Counted from the first letter of the stretch, positions 22,053 to 32,855 are shown. The stretch is DNA of 64,000 bases from Alkalispirochaeta sp. (GCA_965242725.1 CBDESZ010000004.1:1-64000); one strand, 5' to 3'. The notes: a model not told the origin generated them from the letters alone. Translations and numbers: made by a program.

Positions 22053-23169
22053 CCGTGCGCATCGGCGCCTCCGCGTCTCCACGACCATCACGCTGGCCCT
22101 GTTGGCCCTGTTGATTCTTGGATCGGCCCTGCGGGGAACCCCGGGGGTCGCAACGGCAGGGCAGACGCAACAGGCGGGCACCAACCGCACCGCCGGGCGC
22201 GCGCCGGAGGGAACGGTCTTCTTCCTCGACAGGGAGGCGTCGCTCCTCATCGCACGGGCGATGGACGACGGCCGCATGCGGGGAACGATCCCCCTCAGGA
22301 CGATCCCGCAGGCGATCGTCCCGACGCCGGGCGGCGTAACCCTCTATCTTCTCTGGTCCCGGCCGGAGCAGGCGGAGACGCGACTGGAAGCCTTTGACGT
22401 CCTCACCCTGGAACGGCAGGTGATCCTCGAACCGGAGGTTACCGACGTTGAAGGTATCTCCTTTTCACCGCAGGGCCGCAACCTCTACCTCGCCGCGTCG
22501 GTGTCCTCCGGCGACGACACCGCTCGCTCCGGCAGCGCCCGAGGCGACTCCGACGAGCTTCACGTCTACGACCATCGACGCCTCACCATCGAGGCTGCCG
22601 CAGTTCACCCCGTCCCTCCGGGCGACGGGGCGGTCATATCCGACCGCCGCGGCACCTATCTCTACCGCCCCGCCGCCGACGGCATCAGCGTCATTTACGC
22701 GCGGACGGGAGAAGAGACGGACCATATTGCGGTGGACGGTGAAGGCTGGCGCATCGACGCCGATTATCGCGCCATCTGGGGGAAATCGCCGGAAGGACAT
22801 CCCGTCACCGTCGATCCCCGGGAGGGGAGCGTCACGACAGGTGACGAGGAGGTCTCCGCGGGGCCCGCCGTGACGGATGAAGCGGTCTGGTACCTCACGG
22901 AAGGGGGTACCGCCCTCGTCGGCTACACCGGGACGTCCGGGTCCGCAGAGGAGCGCCTATCGGTACGGCTCCCCCGGGCGGCGAGTCACCTCGTCGGCGT
23001 GGGAGACGATACCGTGTGGGCCGTCACGGAAGACGGTTCCGTATTCGTCATCGCCAACCGCACGGTTGTGGACACTCTGGACGCGCCCGGCCGGCTTGCC
23101 GGGGCGGTCACCGTCTCCGCGGTTGTTGCGGCGGAAATCCAACAGAACGGGAGTTTCGCATGTTTCTGA
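22045..23169 (+). CDS. Exported hypothetical protein, probable beta-propeller (YncE-like)
   Basis: Signal peptide; blade-like TPGGVTLY, SPQGRNLY, DRRGTYLY; overlaps both neighbours. Confidence 0.6.
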   Translation: MADRAHRRLRVSTTITLALLALLILGSALRGTPGVATAGQTQQAGTNRTAGRAPEGTVFFLDREASLLIARAMDDGRMRGTIPLRTIPQAIVPTPGGVTLYLLWSRPEQAETRLEAFDVLTLERQVILEPEVTDVEGISFSPQGRNLYLAASVSSGDDTARSGSARGDSDELHVYDHRRLTIEAAAVHPVPPGDGAVISDRRGTYLYRPAADGISVIYARTGEETDHIAVDGEGWRIDADYRAIWGKSPEGHPVTVDPREGSVTTGDEEVSAGPAVTDEAVWYLTEGGTALVGYTGTSGSAEERLSVRLPRAASHLVGVGDDTVWAVTEDGSVFVIANRTVVDTLDAPGRLAGAVTVSAVVAAEIQQNGSFACF

Positions 23170-24203
23170 CATCAGGATTTGTCTCGGTCGGCGGGGGACT
23201 CCTCCTCGGCGGTGCCCTCGGATACGCCCTTCAGCGCGGCGGATTCTGCATGAACTCCGCCTTCCGGAGCATCGCATTTGAAAAGGACCACAGCCTCGTG
23301 CGGGCGTGGCTTCTGGTGGTGGTGATCAATGTGACGGGAGTCACCCTCCTGTCGGAATTCAACCTCATAGAGACCTCCACTGCTCCCCTGTACTGGCCCG
23401 CTCTCCTGGTCGGCGGTTTTCTCTTCGGCGCGGGGATGGTAATCGCCGGCGGGTGTGCCAGCGGGACCTTTTATCGCGCCGGGCGGGGAATGCTCGGTTC
23501 GTGGGCGGCATTGATCGGATTCGCAGCAGGCGCCGCCGCCCAGGGCGGCGGCGCCCTCACCCCGGTCCAGGATATTCTCCGGCGCCCCCGCATCGAGATT
23601 GCCGGGGCGGAGCCGACCCTCTTCAGCCTGGTCAACGCCCGGACCGCCCTGCAGCGCTGGATCGTCGTGGCCGTAATCGTCATTCCCATCATTCTCTGGC
23701 TCGTGCGAGCGCCGAAAGAGCGGTTCGTACTGGGCTGGGGGTGGCGAAGGACGGGTATTGTCGTTGGCGGCATCGCCCTCATCGCGTGGGTGGTTTCCTC
23801 GGCAACGGGACGCCCCTTCGGGATCTCCTTCACCCAGCCCGTCGTCGCCCTTACCCGATGGATTCTGACCGGTGACGCTTCCGGCGTCAGCGTGGCGACG
23901 TGGATCGTCGTCGCCGTTCCCGCCGGTGCCTTTGGTGCCGCCGCCCTGCGGGGTGAAGCGGTCCTGAGTGTGCCCGACGCGGCGACTCTCCTCCGTCAGG
24001 GCGGCGGGGGAATCGTCATGGGCCTCGGGGCGTCCCTGGCGGGTGGATGCAATATCGGTCACGGCGTGACGGGTATTGCGACTCTCGGCATCGGATCGCT
24101 GGTGGGCGTCGGGAGTATCATGGTCGGCTGCTGGGCGATGACCGCCGTCGTCTTTCGCCGCTCCATGGGACCTCGGAAACGGATCGCCCTCAATGAAGGG
24201 TAA
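23160..24203 (+). CDS. YeeE/YedE (TsuA-like) sulfur-compound transporter
   Basis: QRGGFCM, FGAGMVIAGGCASG and MGLGASLAGGCNIGH (three conserved Cys). Confidence 0.92.
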   Translation: MFLTSGFVSVGGGLLLGGALGYALQRGGFCMNSAFRSIAFEKDHSLVRAWLLVVVINVTGVTLLSEFNLIETSTAPLYWPALLVGGFLFGAGMVIAGGCASGTFYRAGRGMLGSWAALIGFAAGAAAQGGGALTPVQDILRRPRIEIAGAEPTLFSLVNARTALQRWIVVAVIVIPIILWLVRAPKERFVLGWGWRRTGIVVGGIALIAWVVSSATGRPFGISFTQPVVALTRWILTGDASGVSVATWIVVAVPAGAFGAAALRGEAVLSVPDAATLLRQGGGGIVMGLGASLAGGCNIGHGVTGIATLGIGSLVGVGSIMVGCWAMTAVVFRRSMGPRKRIALNEG

Positions 24204-24253
24204 ATCAGAGAAAGGTAAAACCAAAAGGTAAATCCAAAAGGAAAGGAGCACGT

Positions 24254-25171
24254 ATGAGCAGGAAGGACAGATTTTTCGCGCTCGTCGCGATTGTTGTTGT
24301 CGGTGCCGCGCCCGTCTCGTGGGCGGGGGGAAGTCAGGAGGCGGAGGCGTCGGTCTCGCGGAACTGGACCGCCGGGGAGGAAATACTCGTCTCTCCCGGG
24401 TGGATCGCGGAACATGCCGAGTCCCTTGTCATTCTGGATGTGGCGCGATCATTCGAGGAGTACGCCGACGGGCACATCCCCGGGGCCGCCCACGTCGTCC
24501 GAAGTGTGACATGGGATACGGTGGACGGCGTTTCCGGGATGCTCCCCGACCCGGAAACGGTCGCCGCCGATCTGGAGGACGCCGGGGTACGGAATGATAC
24601 GCCGGTGGTCGTCTATGACGGCGGCAACGGATTGTGGGCGTCCCGCTTTTTCTGGGCCCTGGAGTACCTGGGACACACCCGGGTCCATATCCTTGACGGC
24701 GGCATTGCGGCGTGGCAGGCCGACGGCAGGAGGCTGGCCACCGACGTCTCGCCTCCGGCCCGCGGCGATTTTACCGCCGATCCCCGGCCGGAACTCATTG
24801 CGACGTCGGAGTTTCTCCTTGAGATGCTGGGCAACGAGGAGCTCACCATACTGGACACTCGCTCTCCCGCCGAGTACTCCGGTGAAGAGGTGCGATCCGA
24901 GCGGGGAGGGCATATTCCCGATTCGGTGAATATCGAGTGGACCGAAAATCTCGGCGACGGACGGTCCTTTAAGCCGATAGAAGATCTGACCGAGGTCTAT
25001 CGTGACGTGCTGGAGGGGGCCGACGGACCGGCGGTGACGCTTTGCCAGACCGGTGTACGCGGCGCCCACACATACGTTGCGTTGCGCATCCTCGGGTACG
25101 ACCAGGTGCGCGTTTACGACGGTTCCTGGGCGGAGTGGGGAAACCGCAGCGATCTTCCCGTGGAATTGTAG
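24254..25171 (+). CDS. Two-domain rhodanese/sulfurtransferase with signal peptide
   Basis: GHIPGA, ILDGG, RGGHIP, active loop CQTGVR, YDGSWAEW; N-terminus ends WAGGSQE. Confidence 0.92.
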   Translation: MSRKDRFFALVAIVVVGAAPVSWAGGSQEAEASVSRNWTAGEEILVSPGWIAEHAESLVILDVARSFEEYADGHIPGAAHVVRSVTWDTVDGVSGMLPDPETVAADLEDAGVRNDTPVVVYDGGNGLWASRFFWALEYLGHTRVHILDGGIAAWQADGRRLATDVSPPARGDFTADPRPELIATSEFLLEMLGNEELTILDTRSPAEYSGEEVRSERGGHIPDSVNIEWTENLGDGRSFKPIEDLTEVYRDVLEGADGPAVTLCQTGVRGAHTYVALRILGYDQVRVYDGSWAEWGNRSDLPVEL

Positions 25172-25220
25172 CCGCGTCGCAGGCGCGGAACAACGGATTC
25201 TCAATACACAAGGAGTATCA

Positions 25221-25478
25221 ATGGGCAGCAGGACAGAGATAAAGATAGATGACACGCTGGACATTCGAAACGACGTCTGTCCCTATACCTTCGTAAAAAG
25301 CAAACTCGCCCTGGAGGAACTGGATCCGGGGCAGGTTTTAGAGATTCACCTGGGCAACAGCGAGTCGGCGACCAACGTACCCCGGAGTATCGCCCAGGAA
25401 GACCACGAAGTGCTCGGCGTGGAGCGCCGGGACCGGTCCCACTGGGTCGTCACGGTACGGCGGGGGGAGGAACAATGA
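25221..25478 (+). CDS. TusA/YeeD-family sulfur transfer protein
   Basis: LDIRNDVCPYT motif; AGGAG SD. Confidence 0.88.
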   Translation: MGSRTEIKIDDTLDIRNDVCPYTFVKSKLALEELDPGQVLEIHLGNSESATNVPRSIAQEDHEVLGVERRDRSHWVVTVRRGEEQ

Positions 25479-25696
25479 AGCTGAAAATAAACGGCGCGGA
25501 AAAAGAGTTTGAACAGGCGCCGCAGACGATTCTGGACGTTCTGAAGGCGGAAAAGGTGAAGGAACCGGAAATGGTCTCCGTTCAATTTAACGGCAAAATT
25601 CTCCGGAAGGAGGAGGTGACCACCGGTACCGTCGCCGACGGGGATGAACTTGAGTTCCTCTATTTCATGGGAGGCGGCGCTCCGCTTTTTCGATAA
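25475..25696 (+). CDS. ThiS-family sulfur carrier protein with C-terminal extension after GG
   Basis: MKLKING..VSVQFNG..DGDELEFLYFMGGGAPLFR. Confidence 0.9.
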   Translation: MKLKINGAEKEFEQAPQTILDVLKAEKVKEPEMVSVQFNGKILRKEEVTTGTVADGDELEFLYFMGGGAPLFR

Positions 25697-25717
25697 AGTT
25701 GTGTATTCTTCTCAACT

Positions 25718-26545
25718 ATGAAGCGACTGTTGCATGTGATCGCCGACTATCGGCCGATGTCACAGGAGTTCGGGGAAATCCTCCAACGCCTGTGGACGCA
25801 GAACTGGGATCTCGATCTCGTGGTGGTGCCGACGTCGGTACCTTCCATGGATACGGTGGGTACCGGGTACCTGACGGCCCAGCTGGCGCTTGGAGAAAAT
25901 CCCCCGGGCACGGTGCTCTACGTAAATACGGCGCCCCGAAAAGAGCGGACTGCGGCGATGGTGGACAACGCCGGAGAGCGCCTCGTCTGGGCACGCCTCA
26001 AAAACGGCGTGGAAATTGTGGCGGTGAACAGCGGCTACAGCCTGTCCCTCGTTCGCGATCACATTACGGAATTGCGGGAGCTGGATGTGCCCGTCTCGGG
26101 CAGCCAGTTCCGCAGCCGTGACTTCTTTCCCCGGGCCGTTTCCGCGGTACTCCACGGCGGCTATGACGGCTGCCTCGGTGAAGCGATTGACCCGGCAACG
26201 ATACCCGCTTTTCCTGAGTCGGTGGTGATGTGGACCGACGGGTTCGGAAACATCAAGACCAGCGTGCGCCGGAGCGACAGCACGGCAAAGTGGCAGGAGG
26301 GAGAGAAGGTCCACATCGACATCGGCGGGAAACGCGCTACCGCCCTGGTAACGGGGGGCGTCTTTTCCGTCGACGAAGGGGAGCTCGCGTGGAGCGTGGG
26401 ATCCAGCGGCCATGAGGACCCATTCATGGAAATATTTCTCCGCGGCGGCAGCGCGGCGGACCTCTTTGAAAACCCCCAACCCGGAAGCACGGTGATGATT
26501 ACCGCAACCTCGTCACCCCGCCGGAACTTGACCGGGAAACTATGA
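25718..26545 (+). CDS. SAM-dependent halogenase/SAM hydrolase (DUF62) family protein, divergent
   Basis: IADY, QFRSRDFFP, WTDGFGNIKT, GSSG..MEIFLRGGSAADLF. Confidence 0.75.
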   Translation: MKRLLHVIADYRPMSQEFGEILQRLWTQNWDLDLVVVPTSVPSMDTVGTGYLTAQLALGENPPGTVLYVNTAPRKERTAAMVDNAGERLVWARLKNGVEIVAVNSGYSLSLVRDHITELRELDVPVSGSQFRSRDFFPRAVSAVLHGGYDGCLGEAIDPATIPAFPESVVMWTDGFGNIKTSVRRSDSTAKWQEGEKVHIDIGGKRATALVTGGVFSVDEGELAWSVGSSGHEDPFMEIFLRGGSAADLFENPQPGSTVMITATSSPRRNLTGKL

Positions 26546-26607
26546 TTATCTACCCTAATGTATCATGAGATGAGCGGCCACGGAGTCGCAACAAAAGGAG
26601 GATTCCG

Positions 26608-27489
26608 ATGATTCGACGCGTTCTTATGCTGGTGCTGATCGTCACCGTTGGCGCCGGAACGATACTTTTTGCGGGGGGCCAGGCGGAAGGATCCGCTTCT
26701 CCGGAAGAGGGAATGCAGGAGGACCAGGCCGACCTCGAGCGTACGCCGATGGATCCCCCGCCTGCAACGTGCAGGGACAGCTGACCGTCGCGACGGGTGA
26801 TCCCGTCTATCCGCCGTGGATGCTCGACAACGATCCCGCCGGTGGTGAAGGGTTCGAGAATGGAATCGTCTACGCCCTCGCCGAGGAGATGGGGTTTGAT
26901 CGGGACGATGTTGTCTGGGTGACCCAGACCTTTGATCAGGGAATCGCACCCGGTCCCAAACCCTATGACTTTGTAATCCAGCAGTATTCCGTGACGGAGC
27001 CGCGCAAGGAGTTCGTCGATTTTTCCATCGTCTACTACCAGCCCGACAAGGCGGTGATCGCCCTTGAAGACAGCGGAATTTCCGACGCCCCGCAACTTTG
27101 AAGATCTACGGGACTTTCGCTGGGGAGCCACCATCGGTACCACCGATCTCGACTACCTTGAGAATGTCATTGGAATTGACGACGTGGCGGTCTACGACGA
27201 CCAGATCGGTACCTTCCAGGCGCTGCTGGCGGATCAGATTGACGGGACCGTCCAGTCCGTCCCGACTGCGCTGTACGCAACGGCCGTGCAGATTCCCGAG
27301 GCGGAAATCACCGCAATCCTGCCCGCCGATCCCAATGATCTCGGACACGGTCTGGTCTTTGAAAAGGGCAATCCCATCGTTCCATGGGTGAACGACGCGC
27401 TCCGTGCGATCATCGACCGCGGCGTGGTGGATGAACTTACCCGGACCTATCTGGTCGGCGATGAGGATATTCCGGAGATCACTGAGTGA
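26608..27489 (+). pseudogene. Polar amino-acid ABC substrate-binding protein with two frameshifts (possibly sequencing errors)
   Basis: SD+ATG 26608 gives signal peptide ..FAGGQAE; continues in other frames near 26760 (LTVATGDPVYPPW) and near 27090 (FEDLRDFRWGATIGTT). Confidence 0.75.
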
Positions 27490-28343
27490 ACCAACAGCGT
27501 CCCGCCCCGGGTCCGTCGGCTCAGCCGGCGGGACGCATCGTCCGTGCCCGGGACCGATTCCTGCCGCCGCTGATCAGCGTCGCCAGTGTGCTCGTCGTCT
27601 TCTTTCTTATACGGCGTGCCGTCGTATCGGCGGAGCAATGGCCGCGAATCAAGGCACAGTTTTTTGACCTCGACGCCATTATCGAGGTCTTTCCCAAAGT
27701 TCTGGGCGGTTTCGGAATAAACATGACGGTGTGGGCGATCGCATTGATCGTCATCGCCGTGTGGGCGCTGGTACTCGCGATCTTTCGTTCCCTACACGGA
27801 CCGTGGTTTGCACCTCTGCGCGTCTTTTCGGTCGTATATATTGACTTGTTGCGCGGCTTGCCGTCGCTGCTGCTGGTTCTTCTCTTCGGATTCGGCATTC
27901 CCGCGCTGCAGCTGCCGGGGCTGCCGCGGAGCAGCCTCTTCTGGGGCGCCACGGCGATGGTTCTCAGCTATTCCGCCTACGCCGCCGAGGTATATCGATC
28001 CGGTATGGATGCGGTCCATGACGGGCAGCGCGCCGCGGCAAAGGCGCTCGGCCTCAGTCAGTGGCAGACCCTCTACTTTGCCATTCTTCCCCAGGCGGTA
28101 CGAAATGTCGTTCCATCATTGCTGAATCTCGCAGTGGCGCTGCAAAAAGACGTCGCGCTCCTCAGCGTCCTCGGCGTCCGCGACGCGGTGCGGGAGGCGC
28201 AGATCTATACGGCACGGACCTTCAACTACTCGTCTCTCATCGCTGCGGCGGGGCTCTTTCTCCTCGCCACCATCCCCATGGCGCGCCTGACGGACTACGT
28301 CACCCGGAAGGACCGGGAGCGGCGTCTTCAGAGGACCGTATGA
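27486..28343 (+). CDS. Polar amino-acid ABC permease
   Basis: [39 protein letters not shown]. Confidence 0.92.
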   Translation: MNQQRPAPGPSAQPAGRIVRARDRFLPPLISVASVLVVFFLIRRAVVSAEQWPRIKAQFFDLDAIIEVFPKVLGGFGINMTVWAIALIVIAVWALVLAIFRSLHGPWFAPLRVFSVVYIDLLRGLPSLLLVLLFGFGIPALQLPGLPRSSLFWGATAMVLSYSAYAAEVYRSGMDAVHDGQRAAAKALGLSQWQTLYFAILPQAVRNVVPSLLNLAVALQKDVALLSVLGVRDAVREAQIYTARTFNYSSLIAAAGLFLLATIPMARLTDYVTRKDRERRLQRTV

Positions 28344-28344
28344 C

Positions 28345-29089
28345 ATGCGGCGCATAGAAATTGAGCACCTGACGAAATACTACGGTCACAATCTTGTCCT
28401 TGATGATGTCTCGCTTTCCGTGGACCAACACGAGGTGGTCTGTTTGATCGGTGCCTCCGGTTCGGGCAAGTCGACGCTGTTACGCTGCGTCGGCGATCTC
28501 GTTCCCTACGACGGAGGGAGCATACGCCTCGACGGAATTTCGATTCACGACCCCTCACTCGGAAAGAACGGTCTCCACAAACGGGTGGGTATCGTCTTTC
28601 AGGCGTATAATCTCTTTCCCCATATGACCGTCATGGATAATGTCACCCTCGCCCCGCGACGGGTGCACGGTGTCGGTCGGCGGGAAAGCGAGCATGACGC
28701 CCGGCGTCTCCTGGAGCTCTTCGGTCTTGAAGATTTTGCCCGTTCCTATCCGGAGCAGCTCTCGGGAGGACAACAGCAGCGGGTCGCCATCGTCCGCGCC
28801 ATGGCGACAAATCCCGACGTCCTCATGCTCGACGAAGTCACCGCCGCCCTCGATCCGGAACTCATCGGCGGCGTCCTGAAGGTCATACGGGATCTGAAGG
28901 ATCAGGGTATGACGATGCTCATCGTCACTCACGAAATGGGTTTTGCCCCGGGATGTGGCAGATCGGGTCTGCTTTCTTGAAGGCGGTCATATTCTGGAGG
29001 AGGCGGCGCCGGATGTGCTGTTTTCCGCCCCTGAACATCCCCGGACGCGCCAATTTCTCCAGCGGATCATCGAGGCGGGGCGCCTGTAG
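28345..29089 (+). pseudogene. Polar amino-acid ABC ATPase (GlnQ-like), one frameshift near 28948
   Basis: [17 protein letters not shown]; after HEMGFA an extra C; the next frame reads [20 protein letters not shown] to TAG 29089. Confidence 0.8.
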
Positions 29090-29162
29090 GGTATTCACAA
29101 GCGTGTTGACCGGAGGCACCCGCCGGCAACGCAAACCGATAACGCAAACCGGGTATCCTTCC

Positions 29163-30170
29163 TTACCGGTCTTTCCGTCCTGGGGTAATGCAGTTGTCAC
29201 ATTCGCCGTCGTCCCGCCATCGGGCGATATTTGTGAATGTCGTGCGGCTGATGTTTTCCACCGCATCGCGGGTAAAGAACGCCTGATGTGCCGTAATGAG
29301 GACGTTTGGAAAGGTAAGGAGGCGGGAAAAGGTATCATCCTGTATGACCTGATCCGAGAGATCTTCAAAAAAGAGGTCCTCTTCCTCCTCATACACATCA
29401 AGGGCGACGGCGCCAATTTTTCCCGCTTTCAGTCCGTCAATGACGGCGGCGGTGTCGATGAGGGCGCCCCGGCTCGTGTTGATGACCATGACACCCTCTT
29501 TCATCGTACCGATGGCGTAGTCGTTGATAATGTGATACGTCTCGTGGGTGAGGGGACAGTGGAGAGAAATGACATCGCTGAGGGCGTACAGTTCTTCAAG
29601 CCCCACGTATCGCACGCCCTTTGACGCGAGTTCCTCCCGGGGATAGCGGTCGTAGGCAAGAATGCTCATTCCGAAGCCATGCATGATTCCCGCAAAAACT
29701 TCTCCTATTTTCCCCGTGCCGATGATGCCGATTGTACGGCCATGCAGATCAAATCCCATAAGACCGTCGAGGGCGAAATTCCCCTCCCTGACGCGATTGT
29801 AGGAGCGGTGGATACGCCTGTTGAGCGTCAGGGTCAGAGCCGCGGCGTGTTCCGCCACCGCGTAAGGCGAGTATGCGGGTACGCGGGCAACGGCGATTCC
29901 AAAGCGCTCGGCAGCCTTTATGTCCACGTTGTTGAAGCCGGCGCATCGCAAGGCGATCATCCTGACTCCAGCCCGCGACAACGCCTCAATCGCCGCGGCG
30001 TCAGCGTTGTCATTGACAAAGATGCACACAACATCGGCACCCTCTGCAAGCGGCGCCGTATCTCCATTGAGTCGGGTTTCCAGAAACCGTACCTCAAAAT
30101 TGAACTCTTCGTTTACCCGCTCAAAAAACTCGCGGACCCACTTTTTCGAACTGAATACGGTGATCTTCAC
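29163..30170 (-). CDS. ldhA: D-lactate dehydrogenase / D-2-hydroxyacid dehydrogenase
   Basis: LRCAGFNNVD, RVPAYSPYAVAEH, GTGKIG, LDVYEEE, TAHQAFFT. Confidence 0.88.
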   Translation of the reverse strand: MKITVFSSKKWVREFFERVNEEFNFEVRFLETRLNGDTAPLAEGADVVCIFVNDNADAAAIEALSRAGVRMIALRCAGFNNVDIKAAERFGIAVARVPAYSPYAVAEHAAALTLTLNRRIHRSYNRVREGNFALDGLMGFDLHGRTIGIIGTGKIGEVFAGIMHGFGMSILAYDRYPREELASKGVRYVGLEELYALSDVISLHCPLTHETYHIINDYAIGTMKEGVMVINTSRGALIDTAAVIDGLKAGKIGAVALDVYEEEEDLFFEDLSDQVIQDDTFSRLLTFPNVLITAHQAFFTRDAVENISRTTFTNIARWRDDGECDNCITPGRKDR

Positions 30171-30211
30171 GGGACTACTATGAGTATTCTGACTGTGACT
30201 GTCAAATATCG

Positions 30212-31806
30212 TCAGGCAGCAGAAATCACGAGTGTGGAACCTCGACGCGATAGGGGCCGTGCCCCGTGAGGAAAGAGATGCCTCCGGATAGAGGGAGGTA
30301 TCTCATCGGCGTGGTGGGTTATGTATATGACCGTCGACCGTCCGGTCCGGCAGATACGGTCTATCCCTTCCACGACGGCCCATGCGATTGGACGGGTCGA
30401 GACCCTGACACGGTTCGTCTAAGAAGGAGGAGCTCCGGTTCCCGTACCAGAGCACGACCGATGAGTACGAGCCCGCTGCTGCCCGTAGGATAGGCGCGAT
30501 ATCGGGCGGTCAACTACATCGGGGAGGGCCAACTCCTTCAGCACCTCCCGGGCGTGTCGTACCTCCTCATTTCCGGGGCGCTGATAGAGACCGTTGGATC
30601 CGTATATACCCGGATATCACCGTCTCAAGTGCGGTCGCGTGGGGGGGCATAATTGAAATGAAACGCCGGCGTGACGATGCCGATTCGTCTACGCAAATCC
30701 CAGATGGCTTTCTCCCGAGCCCCGTGGTTGGCCGAAGAGGGACAGCCCGACGGCGTACCCCCTGGGATCGGTTCCGGAAATGAGATTGAGAAGGGTCGTC
30801 TTTCCGCTTCCGTTTGGACCGGTGATGACCCAGTGCTCTCCCGTCCGCACCTGCCAGGAGAAATTGCGGATCAGCGGCACGTTGTGGCCTATTTCGGCGT
30901 CGTGGAACTCGAGGAGTGTATACACATTGGTGGTTGCATATCGGGGTCGAAGTTTCTGCGGGACCAGGACTTGCGGACGTCAGGCGCCCCATTTTGCCGT
31001 AACTCCCGTTGGTGCCGAGAGATCGATCCTGTTGTGCAACAACATTCTGTATACTCCCCAAATCACCAACAGGACCGCTGCGGGTGACCGCAAGACGCTC
31101 AACGGCAAGCCCGTGAGTCGCTCCGTCGGGAATCTCCTCCTCCCGATGGGTCACGAGCACCACCTGGACGCCCCCGTCCATCAGCCCGCCGATGGCCGTC
31201 GGCGAGACGCCGCCGGGACTCCCGGTCGAGTCCGTCAAACGGCTCATCCAGGATCAGAACATCCGGACGACGCAGAAGGGCGCGAATAATGATCGCCTTC
31301 CGCATTTCTCCGGCGGAAAGAACGCGGAACGGTCTGTGAATGAGAGAGTGAAAATCAAAAAGGGAGAGACAGCGTTCAAGCAACGCCCCGTCGGTGTTTG
31401 TGCCGGCAGTGTTTGTGCCGGCGGTGTTCGCGCCGTTGAAAATCGTGCCCCTTCCGCCGACCGACCCGGCCTCGCTGCCGAAGAGCTCAGCCGGGGTGAC
31501 GCCGTCCTGAGGACGGCCGGCAAAATGGCGGGCGTGATCCTGCTCCCGCTCCCGGGCGAGCAGTTCATGCTGGGACTCAAAGGAAACAAGTTCGACCCGC
31601 GCACCGTCGGCGACAATGCGCCGTCCCGCCGAGGTCGGAACTCTGCCGGCGAGGGCGCCCACGAGGGCGGACTTGCCGCTCCCGTTTGGCCCGATGACAA
31701 CCCATTGCTCGCCCCGCCGGATTTCCCACGTCGTATCGTGGAGAAGGTGGAAATCCCGGAGCCGGACGGTGACGCCTTCCAGCGCCACCACCGGGGTGTT
31801 CGTCAC
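30212..31806 (-). pseudogene. ModF-like tandem ABC ATPase with multiple frameshifts
   Basis: Two Walker A (GPNGSGKS, GPNGSGKTT), LSAGEMRK, DEPFDGLD, LVTHREEEIP and YITHHADEIP fall in different frames. Confidence 0.72.
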
Positions 31807-32855
31807 TTCTTCCAGTTTTCCGGTCGCAGTTTGCGGACTTCCGCACCGGTGCGCCACATTTCCGAACCGCCCAGTTCCTTGAGCTCGGCGTCCAGCTTCT
31901 CCCGGTAGTCATCGGCGCTGTTCACCCGCAGGACGATTTCCGTCTCCTTGCCGGTCTTCACGGAGTTGTAGAGATCCTTGAAGACGGGAAGGGTCGCTTC
32001 CTTGAAGCGCGGTCTCCAGTCGAGGGCGCCGCGCTGGGCGGTGGTGCTGCAGTTTGCATACATCCAGTCCATGCCGTTCTGCCCGACGAGCCGGATCAGG
32101 CTCTGGGTGAGTTCTTCGACAGTCTCATTGAAGGCCTCACTGGGACTGTGACCGTTGGCCCTGAGCGTCTCATACTGCGCTTCCATGACGCCGGCAAGGG
32201 CGCCCATGAGGATTCCCCGTTCGCCGGTAAGGTCGCTGTACACCTCGTTTTCAAAGGTCGTGGGAAAGAGATATCCCGAACCCACGGCGATACCGGTGGC
32301 GATCGTTCGCTCCTCCGCGCGGCCCGTGTAGTCCTGGAAGACGGCGTAGCTGCTGTTAATGCCGCTCCCATCGAGGAAGTTGGCACGGACGCTCGCGCCG
32401 GAGCCTTTGGGCGCCACAAGAATGACGTCGACGTTCTTCGGCGGAATGACACCGGTCTGCTCCTTGAAGGTCACTGAAAAGCCGTGGGAGAAGTAGAGGG
32501 CGTCTCCCTCGTTAAGGTTCTCCTTGATCACCGGCCACAATGCCTTCTGGCCCGCGTCGGAGAGGAGATATTGAATGATCGTGCCCCGTTGCACCGCCTC
32601 GGGTATATCGAAAAGTGTTTCACCGGGAACCCAGCCGTCCTTGACCGCCTTGTCCCAGCTCTTTCCGTTTTTTCGCTGTCCGACAATGACATTGAAGCCG
32701 TTGTCCCGCATATTCAGCGCCTGGGCGGGGCCCTGCACACCGTATCCGATGACCGCGATCGTTTCATCCTTCAGAACGTCCCGTGCCTTGTCGAGGGGAA
32801 ATTCACTGCGCGTAACGACGGTCTCTTCAACGCCGCCGAAGTTAATCTTTGCCAT
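31803..32855 (-). CDS. ilvC: Ketol-acid reductoisomerase
   Basis: IGYGVQG, FSHGF, VAPKGSG, SDLTGERG, CSTTAQRGA; GGAGG SD before ATG 32855. Confidence 0.96.
   Translation of the reverse strand: MAKINFGGVEETVVTRSEFPLDKARDVLKDETIAVIGYGVQGPAQALNMRDNGFNVIVGQRKNGKSWDKAVKDGWVPGETLFDIPEAVQRGTIIQYLLSDAGQKALWPVIKENLNEGDALYFSHGFSVTFKEQTGVIPPKNVDVILVAPKGSGASVRANFLDGSGINSSYAVFQDYTGRAEERTIATGIAVGSGYLFPTTFENEVYSDLTGERGILMGALAGVMEAQYETLRANGHSPSEAFNETVEELTQSLIRLVGQNGMDWMYANCSTTAQRGALDWRPRFKEATLPVFKDLYNSVKTGKETEIVLRVNSADDYREKLDAELKELGGSEMWRTGAEVRKLRPENWKK

Noticed and set aside
20719..25696. Ubiquitin-like anti-phage conjugation system (E1 + JAB + Ubl, as in Bil or CBASS Cap2/Cap3)
   Set aside because: No E2 or cyclase; YeeE, rhodanese and TusA context plus host-like GC point to sulfur transfer.
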